This document shows positions 34,651 to 47,433 of a stretch of DNA of 64,000 nt, piece after piece. The DNA is from Scyliorhinus canicula. Taxonomy: Eukaryota. The translations under genes and the position numbers were made by a program. The notes beneath the pieces were generated by a model. That model had not been told where the DNA came from. It saw only the letters and a list, made by a program, of their open reading frames with translations, and ran no database searches. The stretch lies in the NCBI RefSeq assembly GCF_902713615.1, contig NC_052149.1, positions 126,731,256-126,795,255 on the forward strand, read 5' to 3'. Numbering within the stretch: position 1 is the stretch's first letter; the number at the start of each line of letters is the position of its first letter.

Positions 34651-35448
34651 AAACGTGTGAAAACAGGGGGGGATCCATCTCCTGGTAATAATGCAATGAG
34701 AGTGGTCGGACTATAAACATAACATCAGCAACGTCAGATAAAAATTTAGATTGGGGAGTTGTCGTGTCGCTTGCTGAATGTTTGGTAAATAATTAAATAC
34801 TCAAAAAAATCATTGAAGTAAAGGCACTGAAGCTTTTGTTGTGGGGGAAGAGAGAGAGAGCGAGAGAGGGTTACCCCTCGAGGGTTTTATGACCAGTGAC
34901 AGACAGGGGCTGAGGAAATGGGAGGTTTGGTCATTTAGATTGTTCCTGTCGGTGAAAATCTCGAAGATTCCTCCCCCCCCGCCCCCCCCCGCACCCCTCC
35001 CCCCCCCCAGCCTCCACCCCCACTGCTACTTGAAATTTTGTTTAGAGTCTGAAAGTTTTAATCTGTTCAGATAACCGTTATGAGAATGGAAATAAACAAA
35101 TATTTACATAATAACTTTTATTGTCACAAGTAGGCTGACATTAACACTGCAATGAAGTTGCTGTGAAAAGCCCCTAGTCACCACATTCTGGCTCCTGTTC
35201 AGGTACACAGAGGGAGAATTCAGAATGTCCAAATGACCTCACGGCACATCTTTCGGGAAATGTGGGCACCCGGAGGAAACTCCCACAGACACAGGGAGAA
35301 CGTGCAGACTCCGCACAGTGACCCAAGCTGGGAATCGAACCTGGGACCATGGAGCTGTGAAGCAACAGTGCTAACCACTGTGCCACCGTGCCGCCCTGTT
35401 ATATTTGTGTGTCTGTGTGTAATGAAGAATTTGTGTGTGAGAGCTCAT

Positions 35449-35572
35449 GGCCGGGATTCTCCCGGAATAGCGCGGCGGCCCGTACCAGTGCCAAGAGCAC
35501 CATGACCCACTCCGGCGTCGGGCCGCCCGGAAGTTGGGGAATCCTCCAGCGGGGGGTCGGACAATCCTGCCC
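35449..35572. mobile_element. Short Harbinger MITE (also in duplication units 2 and 3)
   Basis: TIRs GGCCGGGATTCTCC / GGACAATCCTGCCC; TSD CAT. Confidence 0.75.
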
Positions 35573-38500
35573 CATGTGTTTCCTTCTCCAAATTGTCATT
35601 TGTTTGTGTTGTTCCAGCAATCTGAGTTCAAAGCCTCACAATGTGGATTCTGAGTTGGATTTAAGTACAATAAAATGAAACAGACCAAAGTTTGAAGTTT
35701 TAAGGTTCGAGTTGAGATTTCTGTCCAGAGAGCACAGTTTGAATGGACTCTAAAGATACAACAGCTTTTCCCTGTGTTCATAGAATCTGCAGTGCAGAAA
35801 GAGGCCATTCGGCCCATCGAGTCACCACCGGCCCTTGGAAAGCACCCTATCCAAACCCACACCTCCACCCCATCCCCGTAACCCAGCAACCCATCTGTAC
35901 TTTTTTGGACACTGAGGGCAATTTAGCATGGCCAATCCACCTAACCTACACGTCTTTGGACTGTGGGAGGAAACCGGAGCATCCGGAGGAAACCCACGCA
36001 GACACGGGGAGAACCTGCAGACTCAATACAGACAGTGACCCAGAGGGGAATCGAACCTAGGATCCTGGAGCTGTGAAGCAACCGTGCCAACCACTGTGTC
36101 ACTGTGCTGCCCTTGTGCCACCATGCCACCCTAAAATGAACCAGACTCTGCAGCAACCTCTTGCAGACTAACAGGAACTTCACTCTTTCCAATCACAGCT
36201 TGAGCTTTCTGATTGCTGAATGAATCCATTCCCCCTCGAGCAGAATGGACCCTCGTGTTTTTATTTCGATCTAGTCTGTGAGAGACCCAGTGCAGTAAAA
36301 CGATATTGGCCGTTTCCTAGTCTCAGGTGTAGTGAGTGACGCAGTGCAGTCAAAACGTCTGTCACTACGACTGACACGAGGGAACTGCCCGTCTTATGCA
36401 CCGAACGTTTCTCTACACCTGAAGGTGGAAAGGGTATTGCCGTTTCCGAGTGTCAGGTGTAGTGACTGACCCGGTGCAGTAAAACGGTATTGACCGTTTC
36501 CTAGTGTCAGGTGTAGTGAGAGACCCGGTGCAGTAAAACGGTATTGACCGTTTCCTAGTGTCAGGTGTAGTGAGAGACATGGTGCAGTAAAACGGTATTG
36601 ACCGTTTCCTAGTGTCAGGTGTAGTGAGAGACCAGGTGCAGTAAAACGGTATTGACCGTTTCCTAGTGTCAGGCATAGTGAGAGACACGGTGCAGTAAAA
36701 CGGTATTGACCGTTTCCTGGTGTCAGGTGTAGTGAGAGACCCAGTGCAGTAAAACGGTATTGACCGTTTCCTAGTGTCAGGTATAGTGAGTGACATGGTG
36801 CAGTAAAACGGTATTGACCGTTTCCTAGTGTCAGGTATAGTGACTGACCCGGTGCAGTAAAACGGTATTGACCGTTTCCTAGTGTCAGGTGTAGTGAGAG
36901 ACCCGGTGCAGTAAAACAGTATTGACCGTTTCCTCGTGTCAGGTATAGTGAGAGGCCCGGTGCAGTAAAACGGTATTGACCGTTTCCTAGTGTCAGGTGT
37001 AGTGAGAGACCCGGTGCAGTAAAACGGTATTGACCGTTTCCTCGTGTCAGGTATAGTGAGAGACGCGATGCAGTAAAACGGTATTGACCGTTTCCTAGTG
37101 TCAGGTGTAGTGAGAGGCGGTGCAGTAAAACGTTATTGACCAATTCCTAGTGTCAGGTATAGTGAGAGACGCAATGCAGTAAAACGGTATTGACCGTTTC
37201 CTAGTGTCAGGTGTAGTGAGAGACCCGATGCAGTAAAACGGTGTTGACCGTTTCCTAGTGTCAGGTGTAATGAGAGATTCGGTGCAGTAAAACGGTATTG
37301 ACCGTTTCCTAGTGTCAGGTGTGGTGACTGACCCGGTGCAGTAAAACGGTATTGACCGTTTCCTAGTGTCAGGTGTAGTGACTGACCCGGTGCAGTAAAA
37401 TGGTATTGACCGTTTCCTTGTGTCAGGTGTAGTGAGAAACGTGTGAAAACAGTGAGGGATCCATCTCCTGGTAATAATGCAATAAGAGAGGTCGGACTAT
37501 AAACATAACATCAGCAACGTCAGGTAAAAATTTAGATTGGGGAGTTGTCGAGTCGCTTGCTGAATGTTTGGTAATAATGAAATACTGAAAAAAATAATTG
37601 AAGTAAAGTCACTGAAGCTTTTGTTGTGGGGGAAGAGAGAGAGAGAGAGTGAGTGGGTTACCCCTCGGGGGGTTTATGACCAGTGACAGACAGGGGCTGA
37701 GGAAATGGGAGTTTCGGGCGTTTAGATTGTTCCTGTCGGTGAAAATCTCGAAGATTCCTCCCCCCCGCCCCCCCCCCCACCCCCCCCACCCCCCCCCACC
37801 CCCCCCCCACCCCACCCCCACCCCACCCCCCCTCCCCACCCCCACTGCTACTTGAAATTTTGTTTAGAATCTGAAAGTTTTAATCTGTTCAGATAACCGT
37901 TATGAGAATGGAAATAAACAAATATTTACATAATAACTATTATTGTCACAAGTAGGCTGACATTAACACTGCAATGAAGTTGCTGTGAAAAGCCCCTAGT
38001 CACCACATTCTGGCTCCTGTTCAGGTACACAGAGGGAGAATTCAGAATGTCCAAATTTCCTCACGGCACATCTTTCGGAAAATGTGGGCACCCGGAGGAA
38101 ACGCACACAGACACAGGGAGAACGTGCAGACTCCGCACAGTGACCCAAGCTGGGAATCAAACCTGGGACCATGGAGCTGTGAAGCAACAGTGCTAACCAC
38201 TGTGCCACCGTGCCGCCCTGTTATATTTGTGTGTCTGTGTGTAATGAAGAATTTGTGTGTGAGAGCTCATGGCCGGGATTCTCCCGGAATAGCGCGGCGG
38301 CCCGTACCAGTGCCAAGAGCACCATGACCCACTCCGGCGTCGGGCCGCCCGGAAGTTGGGGAATCCTCCAGCGGGGGGTCGGACAATCCTGCCCCATGTG
38401 TTTCCTTCTCCAAATTGTCATTTGTTTGTGTTGTTCCAGCAATCTGAGTTCAAAGCCTCACAATGTGGATTCTGAGTTGGATTTAAGTACAATAAAATGA

Positions 38501-41500
38501 AACAAACCAAAGTTTGAAGTTTTAAGGTTCGAGTTGAGATTTCTGTCCAGAGAGCACAGTTTGAATGGACTCTAAAGATACAACAGCTTTTCCCTGTGTT
38601 CATAGAATCTGCAGTGCAGAAAGAGGCCATTCGGCCCATCGAGTCACCACCGGCCCTTGGAAAGCACCCTATCCAAACCCACACCTCCACCCCATCCCCG
38701 TAACCCAGCAACCCATCTGTACTTTTTTGGACACTGAGGGCAATTTAGCATGGCCAATCCACCTAACCTACACGTCTTTGGACTGTGGGAGGAAACCGGA
38801 GCATCCGGAGGAAACCCACGCAGACACGGGGAGAACCTGCAGACTCAACACAGACAGTGACCCAGAGGGGAATCGAACCTAGGATCCTGGAGCTGTGAAG
38901 CAACCGTGCCAACCACTGTGTCACTGTGCCGCCCTTGTGCCACCATGCCACCCTAAAATGAACCAGACTCTGCAGCAACCTCTTGCAGACTAACAGGAAC
39001 TTCACTCTTTCCAATCACAGCTTGAGCTTTCTGATTGCTGAATGAATCCATTCCCCCTCGAGCAGAATGGACCCTCGTGTTTTTATTTCGATCTAGTCTG
39101 TGAGAGACCCAGTGCAGTAAAACGATATTGGCCGTTTCCTAGTCTCAGGTGTAGTGAGTGACGCAGTGCAGTCAAAACGTCTGTCACTACGACTGACACG
39201 AGGGAACTGCCCGTCTTATGCACCGAACGTTTCTCAACACCTGAAGGTGGAAAGGGTATTGCCGTTTCCGAGTGTCAGGTGTAGTGACTGACCCGGTGCA
39301 GTAAAACGGTATTGACCGTTTCCTAGTGTCAGGTGTAGTGAGAGACCCGGTGCAGTAAAACGGTATTGACCGTTTCCTAGTGTCAGGTGTAGTGAGAGAC
39401 ATGGTGCAGTAAAACGGTATTGACCGTTTCCTAGTGTCAGGTGTAGTGAGAGACCAGGTGCAGTAAAACGGTATTGACCGTTTCCTAGTGTCAGGCATAG
39501 TGAGAGACACGGTGCAGTAAAACGGTATTGACCGTTTCCTGGTGTCAGGTGTAGTGAGAGACCCAGTGCAGTAAAACAGTATTGACCGTTTCCTAGTGTC
39601 AGGTATAGTGAGTGACATGGTGCAGTAAAACGGTATTGACCGTTTCCTAGTGTCAGGTATAGTGACTGATCCGGTGCAGTAAAACGGTATTGACCGTTTC
39701 CTAGTGTCAGGTGTAGTGAGAGACCCGGTGCAGTAAAACAGTATTGACCGTTTCCTCGTGTCAGGTATAGTGAGAGGCCCGGTGCAGTAAAACGGTATTG
39801 ACCGTTTCCTAGTGTCAGGTGTAGTGAGAGACCCGGTGCAGTAAAACAGTATTGACCGTTTCCTCGTGTCAGGTATAGTGAGAGGCCCGATGCAGTAAAA
39901 CGGTATTGACCGTTTCCCAGTGTCAGGTATAGTGAGAGACGCGATGCAGTAAAACGGTATTGACCGTTTCCTAGTGTCAGGTGTAGTGAGAGGCGGTGCA
40001 GTAAAACGGTATTGACCATTTCCTAGTGTCAGGTATAGTGAGAGACGCAATGCAGTAAAACGGTATTGACCGTTTCCTAGTGTCAGGTGTAGTGAGAGAC
40101 CTGGTGCAGTAAAACGGTATTGACCGTTTCCTAGTGTCAGGTGCAGTGAGAGACCTGGTGCAGTAAAACGGTGTTGACCGTTTCCTAGTGTCAGGTGTAA
40201 TGAGAGATTCGGTGCAGTAAAACGGTATTGACCGTTTCCTAGTGTCAGGTGTGGTGACTGACCCGGTGCAGTAAAACGGTATTGACCGTTTCCTAGTGTC
40301 AGGTGTAGTGACTGACCCGGTGCAGTAAAATGGTATTGACCGTTTCCTTGTGTCAGGTGTAGTGAGAAACGTGTGAAAACAGTGAGGGATCCATCTCCTG
40401 TGAAGAAAGCAATAAGAGTGGTCGGACTATAAACATAACATCAGCAACGTCAGGTAAAAATTTAGATTGGGGAGTTGTCGAGTCGCTTGCTGAATGTTTG
40501 GTAAATAATGAAATACTGAAAAAAATAATTGAAGTAAAGTCACTGAAGCTTTTGTTGTGGGGGAAGAGAGAGAGAGAGTGAGAGGGTTACCCCTCGGGGG
40601 GTTTATGACCAGTGACAGACAGGGGCTGAGGAAATGGGAGTTTTGGGCGTTTAGATTGTTCCTGTCGGTGAAAATCTCGAAGATTCCTCCCCCCCGCCCC
40701 CCCCACCCCCCCCGCCCCCCCCAACCCCCCCCCACCCCCCCCACCCCCCCCCCCCCCACCCCACCCCCACCCCCCCACCCCCCCCACCCCACCCCCCCCT
40801 CCCCACCCCCACTGCTACTTGAAATTTTGTTTAGAATCTGAAAGTTTTAATCTGTTCAGATAACCGTTATGAGAATGGAAATAAACAAATATTTACATAA
40901 TAACTATTATTGTCACAAGTAGGCTGACATTAACACTGCAATGAAGTTGCTGTGAAAAGCCCCTAGTCACCACATTCTGGCACCTGTTCAGGTACACAGA
41001 GGGAGAATTCAGAATGTCCAAATTTCCTCACGGCACATCTTTCAGAAAATGTGGGCACCCGGAGGAAACGCACACAGACACAGGGAGAACGTGCAGACTC
41101 CGCACAGTGACCCAAGCTGGGAATCAAACCTGGGACCATGGTGCTGTGAAGCAACAGTGCTAACCACTGTGCCACCGTGCCGCCCTGTTATATTTGTGTG
41201 TCTGTGTGTAATGAAGAATTTGTGTGTGAGATCTCATGGCCGGGATTCTCCCGGAATAGCGCGGCGGCCTGTACCAGTGCCAAGAGCACCATGACCCACT
41301 CCGGCGTCGGGCCGCCCGGAAGTTGGGGAATCCTCCAGCGGGGGGTCGGACAATCCTGCCCCATGTGTTTCCTTCTCCAAATTGTCATTTGTTTGTGTTG
41401 TTCCAGCAATCTGAGTTCAAAGCCTCACAATGTGGATTCTGAGTTGGATTTAAGTACAATAAAATGAAACAAACCAAAGTTTGAAGCTATAAGGTTCGAG

Positions 41501-42389
41501 TTGAGATTTCTGTCCAGAGAGCACAGTTTGAATGGACTCTAAAGATACAACAGCTTTTCCCTGTGTTCATAGAATCTGCAGTGCAGAAAGAGGCCATTCG
41601 GCCCATCGAGTCTCCACCGGCCCTTGGAAAGCACCCTATCCAAACCCACACCTCCACCCCATCCCCGTAACCCAGCAACCCATCTGTACTTTTTTGGGCA
41701 CTGAGGGCAATTTAGCATGGCCAATCCACCTAACCTACACGTCTTTGGACTGTGGGAGGAAACCGGAGCATCCGGAGGAAACCCACGCAGACACGAGGAG
41801 AACCTGCAGACTCCACACAGACAGTGACCCAGAGGGGAATCGAACCTAGGATCCTGGAGCTGTGAAGCAACCGTGCCAACCACTGTGTCACTGTGCCGCC
41901 CTTGTGCCACCGTGCCACCCTAAAATGAACCAGACTCTGCAGCAACCTCTTGCAGACTAACAGGAACTTCACTCTTTCCAATCACAGCTTGAGCTTTCTG
42001 ATTGCTGAATGGATCCATTCCCCCTCGAGCAGAATGGACCCTCGTGTTTTTATTTCGAGTTAACCTCCAATGCCTCTGTGTACCTGAATAGACACCGGAA
42101 TGTGGCGACTAGGGGATTTTCACAGTAACTTCATTGCAGTGTTAATGTAAGCCTACTTGTGACAATAACGATTATTATTATTATATGTTACAAGATTTCC
42201 AGCAGCGTTAATAATCGGAGAATTTATCTAAAGATTTTTATTGCCACAGTATCGTCATGGTTTTGAGTCTTTACTTTATCGAGAAAGAAAATGGTTGAAC
42301 CCATTCAGGACCATTGTTATCTTCTGCTTGGGAACAGGAGATCTGATATAAATACACTGACCAATGAGAATCAGACTGTTTAACACGAG

Positions 42390-42738
42390 GGGCGGGATTC
42401 TCCGCTATCCGGCGGGATGGGCCGTACCGGCGGCGAGGGGCGGCGGAACCACTCCGGCATCGGGCTGCCTGGAAGTTGCGGAATCCTCCGTACCTTCAGG
42501 GGCTAGGCCGGTGCCGGAGTGTTTGCCGCCAAGCCAAATGGAGCCGAAGCCCTCCGCCAGCCAGGCCGAGTTGGCGCATGCGCGGGAGCGCCAGCGTGTG
42601 CTGGCATCATCGAGGGCCAGAGAATCACTGGGGGCGCTGCTGCCAATTGCCACCAACACGGAGAATCCGGCAGCCGGAATCGGGGCAGCGGATCGGGATT
42701 CACACCGCCCCCTGGTGGGGGGTCGGAGAATCTCGCAC
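42390..42738. mobile_element. Harbinger MITE
   Basis: TIRs GGGCGGGATTCTCC / GGAGAATCTCGCAC; near-TSD GAG/AAG. Confidence 0.75.
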
Positions 42739-43152
42739 AAGACCTTTCAAAAACGATGATGTTATTGAAGGGAAAGAAAATCTGTCCCTTTAAATGTGAA
42801 TCCAAATTCACACACATGAGGAAGAAGTCATTTGAATTTTGATAGTGTAAATTACAGTTTACAAAGTATAATGATTTGAGGTTTGGTTCCTGATAAAGTT
42901 TTCAACAGGAAATTTTAATTTGAAAAGGTTTGACAACAATTGACATTAATTCAAATGCTGCCAGCTGCTGGGCTGAAAGAAGAATTTAAAATATGTTTGT
43001 TCCCAAAATGTAAACATAAACCTGAAACTTGAAGTTTGGTAGAAATCCAATTTGAAGCAGAGTTAATGAAAGCAGCTCAACAACAAAACTATTAGAATCT
43101 GGGATCAGTTTAAAATGAAAATGCTCCAGCTACAAACGAGAGAGATAAGTAA

Positions 43153-43964
43153 GGCCTGATCTTTCCAAAAGTGAACAAAGTTCCCGAGCGAGTGCGTTTA
43201 GCTACATGATTCCCGGCACTCGCCGTGCTGAGAAACACAAGGATTTTCAACGCGATTGGCTTTGAACGGGAATGTCGAGGCCGAGGCCACACATAGTCCC
43301 ATTTGGTACACTGGGAATCTCCGCCCGCCGGACCTTCACGTTGTAGCGAGAAATCGGGAAACCATTTGTAAAAGGTGTACCGATCTCAGAGGCCACGAAA
43401 AGAATCTTCGAGCTCCCCACACCCAGTCCGAATGCAAGAGGGCCCCCTCCCAACCCACACTGGGCAACCCCAGCCCAATCGAGCATGTGCAAAAAATGAC
43501 AGCTGGTAATGCCACATGGGAACCTTGACAGTGCCAGGCTGGCACCCAGGTGGCACTGCCAGGGTACTCAGGTGGCACCAGCAGTGGCAAGGCACCACCT
43601 TGTCCAAAGGGAATGCAGCTGATCATCTTGGAGATCTCCATGATGCCGTTCGCTCTGGAATCCCCGGTTATAAGAACCAGGACCAAGCGGCACTAACCCG
43701 AGGTCCCCGAGGCAAAGGGATTGAATCCCAAAGCCTCAGGTACCTCATGAATCTGCACATTATAGTTAGGCTTACTGCCTCACCCTAATATGCAGATTTG
43801 CTAAAAGGTGATGCCGCCCATGGTCGGGATTCACCTTGCAGCACCTTGTGTGATTTGTGTTGTGAGCCGGGTAGATCCCGGGAGCGGGGTCTCCTGGCTT
43901 TCCCCAGCACCGCTGCACCGCGGTGAGCTGCTTTCCGACACTGCATGGCCGGAAGATCATGGCC
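43153..43964. mobile_element. Harbinger-like non-autonomous element
   Basis: Degenerate TIRs GGCCTGATCTTTCC / GGAAGATCATGGCC; flanks TAA/AAA; internal GGCACTGCC. Confidence 0.55.
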
Positions 43965-45264
43965 AAAGAAGCAAAACCATGTCAATGTCTGGAACCAAAT
44001 AGAAACATATTCTGAGTGTAGGCCTGAGGCCTGCTGCTGCCACTAATATTTGCAATTTTGTGTTTTACATTTTATTTCAGCTCTGCTTTGATTTTAATAT
44101 TTGAAGTGATTTTGTATTTTCTCACTTGATAAACACTGATCTTAACCCAGCTGTGATTGTCCTTTGATTAATTAATCAATAATAATCAGCAGTGACCTGT
44201 TTTTCTCAATCTTGTTTTCACTCTGTACTGACCACACAGCTTTGTTTAGACTAAAACTTTTGTTTTTCCACTTTCTCAAACTAGAATATTAAAATAAGTT
44301 GTTTTTTGTTGATTAGAATTGCTGTTCTCCGGCATTCTCTCACCTTGGATTACAGAGCAAGTCGCTGAGTAATCTTATCTGCTGTGGTCACCTGAAGCAT
44401 CAGAAGATGAAGTTTCATTGATGGACATAACACCTGATTGATGACAGATGGGAAAACACCATCAAGAGCTCCGTAAACAAGCTGAATATGACAAAGTCTG
44501 CTTCACCTTGAGCTCCCTGTGAGAGGAACTGAGAAGAGCTGAGATTTGTTTGGGGAAAGATTGTGTGGCAGGCTTCACGAGACTGGAATGGAGCCAGAAA
44601 TCCAGTTTAAAGAGACATTGCTTCAGAGACTCAGTGCTGGGATGGAATAGTCATCCACGGACGTCAGGAGGAAGGGTCAGAAATGGACTGACCATAGTGC
44701 CCACCCACTGGGGTTACTGAGTGACTTGGTAATGAGTTTACTGAGGGGACAGTAACGTGGGCACCAATTGTGGGGGAGCTGCGGTGGAACAGACCAAATT
44801 GGGGTTATTGTTTGTGTTTGAACAAACATCTGACTGTCTTCTTTTCCTCAGATATGTACAAACTGCTTAACCTTTTGTCCGGATTCTCCTGTCTAAACCC
44901 GTTTGGCCATCATTTTTCTTTATTTTCTTTTATTTTGCAATTTAAATTTTTTAACATGGACAATTAATGTGCCGATGCCTTTAAGGTGGACTTCGAATGG
45001 CTGGTCAATTGACAGTTGACCTATAACCCTAAGGCAGGGCAGGTTGAAAGAAGCTGTTTATATTTCAGATCAGCAGATTCCAGGGGGATTAGTGCTGACA
45101 CACGTTGGTGGACTATTTCAAATCACCTGACCTTTTCAATGGCCCCTGCCAATTGGTTGAGATTTCCTCTGAAAGTCCCTTCCTCCGTGTGACTGTGTTT
45201 TCTGTTTTACTTTTGTGTTGGTCAGAAGCTAGAGGGTCAGAACTCTGATTTCTCTCTCATGAGC

Positions 45265-45600
45265 AGCACAGCAGCACAGTGGTTAGCACTGCTGCCTCAC
45301 AGCTCCAGGGACCCGGGTTCAATTCCATTCTTAGGTGACTGTCTGTGTGGAGTTTGCACTTTCTCCCCATGTCTGCCTGGGTTTTCTCCCGGTTCTCCCA
45401 GTTCCTCCCATAGTCCAACGATGTGCAGGTTAGATGGATTGACCATGATAAATTGCCCCTTAGTTTCCAAAAGGTTAGAAAGGATAACTGGGTTACAGGG
45501 AAAGGGTGGAGGAGTGGGTCAAAGTAGGGTGCTCTTTCCAAGGGCCGGTGCAGACTCGATGGGCTTAATGGCCTCCTTCTGCACTGTAGGGATTCTATGA
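45265..45600 (+). mobile_element. HE1 SINE
   Basis: Head GCAGCACAGTGGTTAGCAC, B box GGTTCAATTCC, tail GGCCTCCTTCTGCACTGTAGGGATTCTATGA. Confidence 0.85.
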
Positions 45601-45649
45601 CTCATCTAATGGATTATTTTTGATGATCTGAAGTGAAAACCTCTCTTTC

Positions 45650-46353
45650 TGCACAGCCAGACTGAACTGCAAGGAAAACAAAGTCAAGTCACCAGCTGCA
45701 GACAGAGTTCAGATGTTTAACTCCATTTTAATATCTTGTGTGGGAACTCTGTTCTTATCTCAGTAAGACTGTTAGTCATTCTGGTGGAGTTGGAAATAAG
45801 TAAGAATTAAACAGATCTGAAGCTGTTCCTTTGATTCAAGGCCCAGGTTATTAAACATTGAAGTGCCTCTCCCAGAGGGAGTCCTATTGACTGGGAGTAC
45901 TGGCTGAATGCAGCTGCCAGAAGACCATCTCTACCGCTACCGGTGGATCGATCCCAAAACATCCTGGCAGGACACCCTGCTGCAATAACTTCAATATCCG
46001 AAGAAGGGACACTCATTTTTCATTTCAAATTAATCCCCCTTATTATTTTCACCCTTTTCCTCCTCTCTGGGTGTGTCTGTCTTGTGTGTGTTGAGTAGAG
46101 GGTGGAATGGGAAAAAGTGGGAACAGCAGATTAGAAAGCCGATATTCCATTGTGATTGCTGTACATGTCAAATTTGCTTGTGTTATAAATAAACAGTTAT
46201 CGTTGTCAACTTACAAACCAGGTGGCATTAACTTATTGAGCAGTCAAAGAGCCAAAGATTCTGTGAATTTTATACAAATTATTGGTTAATTCACTTGTGT
46301 TGGGACTCAGGAGTCTGTGGGGCTGGAATTGACCGCGCACTAGCGTCATAACA
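45650..46353 (+). mobile_element. Probable solo LTR (~700 bp)
   Basis: TG...CATAACA ends with 5-bp direct repeat CTTTC at 45645-45649 and 46354-46358; internal AATAAA. The left boundary is uncertain. Confidence 0.45.
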
Positions 46354-46667
46354 CTTTCAATAAAGATATCTTTCTTCCTTTTCATATACTCTTTTTTTAA
46401 ATATATTTGTTTTATATAAATTAGAGATTATGGTTATAATCTTATTATCATTATTCAAAAAATTTTCAACACAATACTTGTGAGAGTCGCTCATTCCTGT
46501 AACGTGCAGCTTTGAACCTCAGTGAGACTCTGAAAGGGATTCTCACCTCTCCTCACAGGGAAACCCTTTATTGTACGGTGAGTCCCTCCAGACAAACTGA
46601 ATGAGATAAGTTGGTAACTATTCCAGGTGTAAAAGGGTCTGAGGAAATGATTCAGAGTTAGAAATAG

Positions 46668-47326
46668 AGGGCTGGATTCTCTGGTTGCCGACGGTGAAAT
46701 TGCATTCGGCGATTGGCCGGAGAATCCATTTTGAGGCCAGAATCGGGGGCGGCGCCATTGTTCAGAGGCTCTGCCCCCTCCAAAATGGTGACATTGGGGG
46801 GTATGCCGCACTCTGCTGGGACGGCCTCAGGATGTCACCTGAAGGCCCTCACCCGATGCTCCATCCCCAATGGACCCAATTTCCGACGATGTGGATCACT
46901 TGTGGTCTGAGATTTTGTCAACCTGGTGTGGCGGCTGTGGAGTGTGTCCAGCACCGCGGCAGTCAGGGCTGGAGCCGTTCCATTGGCCGGGGGGGGGGGG
47001 CTTCGGCGGGAGCTGGGGGGACTGGTGGGGGGATAGTCCGGGGTTGGCGAAAGGGGTTACGGGGGGGGGGGGGGGGGGGGGGGGGGTACTACCTGGCAGG
47101 CTGGGTCCGCGCATGGCTGGTGCCATATTGTACGGTACAGCCGCCGCAGTTTGCTGCCGTGCGCATTCGTGGCCATGACTCGCCAATTCTCCATCCGTAT
47201 CTGCAGGTAAAGCCGGGGGTTTTACATGGCGCGGCTGCTGGCCCCCCCATTGGGCGGCGCCAACCTTTTCATCGTAGTACTAGGTACATGCTCCGGACAT
47301 AGCCTCAAAGTCGGAGAAAGCAGCCC
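46668..47326. mobile_element. Harbinger MITE
   Basis: TIRs GGGCTGGATTCTC / GGAGAAAGCAGCCC. Confidence 0.65.
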
Positions 47327-47433
47327 AGATTTCAGGAAAAACACACAGGACGGGATTCACCTTTTCTGAGATTAAGGACTGGATTCTCCGATTTTGAGGC
47401 TCTGTCTGAAAGAAGTGTCGAGTTTTACGATGG

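Larger units (their letters stand above)
33564..42058. repeat. Triple tandem segmental duplication (units ~33564-36269, 36270-39091, 39092-42058)
   Basis: Near-identical ORFs recur at 35174/37996/40963 (periods 2822 and 2967). Each unit has a 54-bp array, unique DNA, a C-tract, two HE1 SINEs and a MITE. Confidence 0.95.

Noticed and set aside
33564-40370. CRISPR-like look of the 54-bp array (hairpin repeat plus variable segment)
   Set aside because: The linkers are only ~15 nt and are a few related variants, not unique spacers. There are no cas genes and the context is vertebrate.
44320-44750. Possible decayed host exon in AT-rich unique DNA
   Set aside because: All plus-strand frames I tried have stops, and I recognised no protein motif. 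A translated search would be needed.
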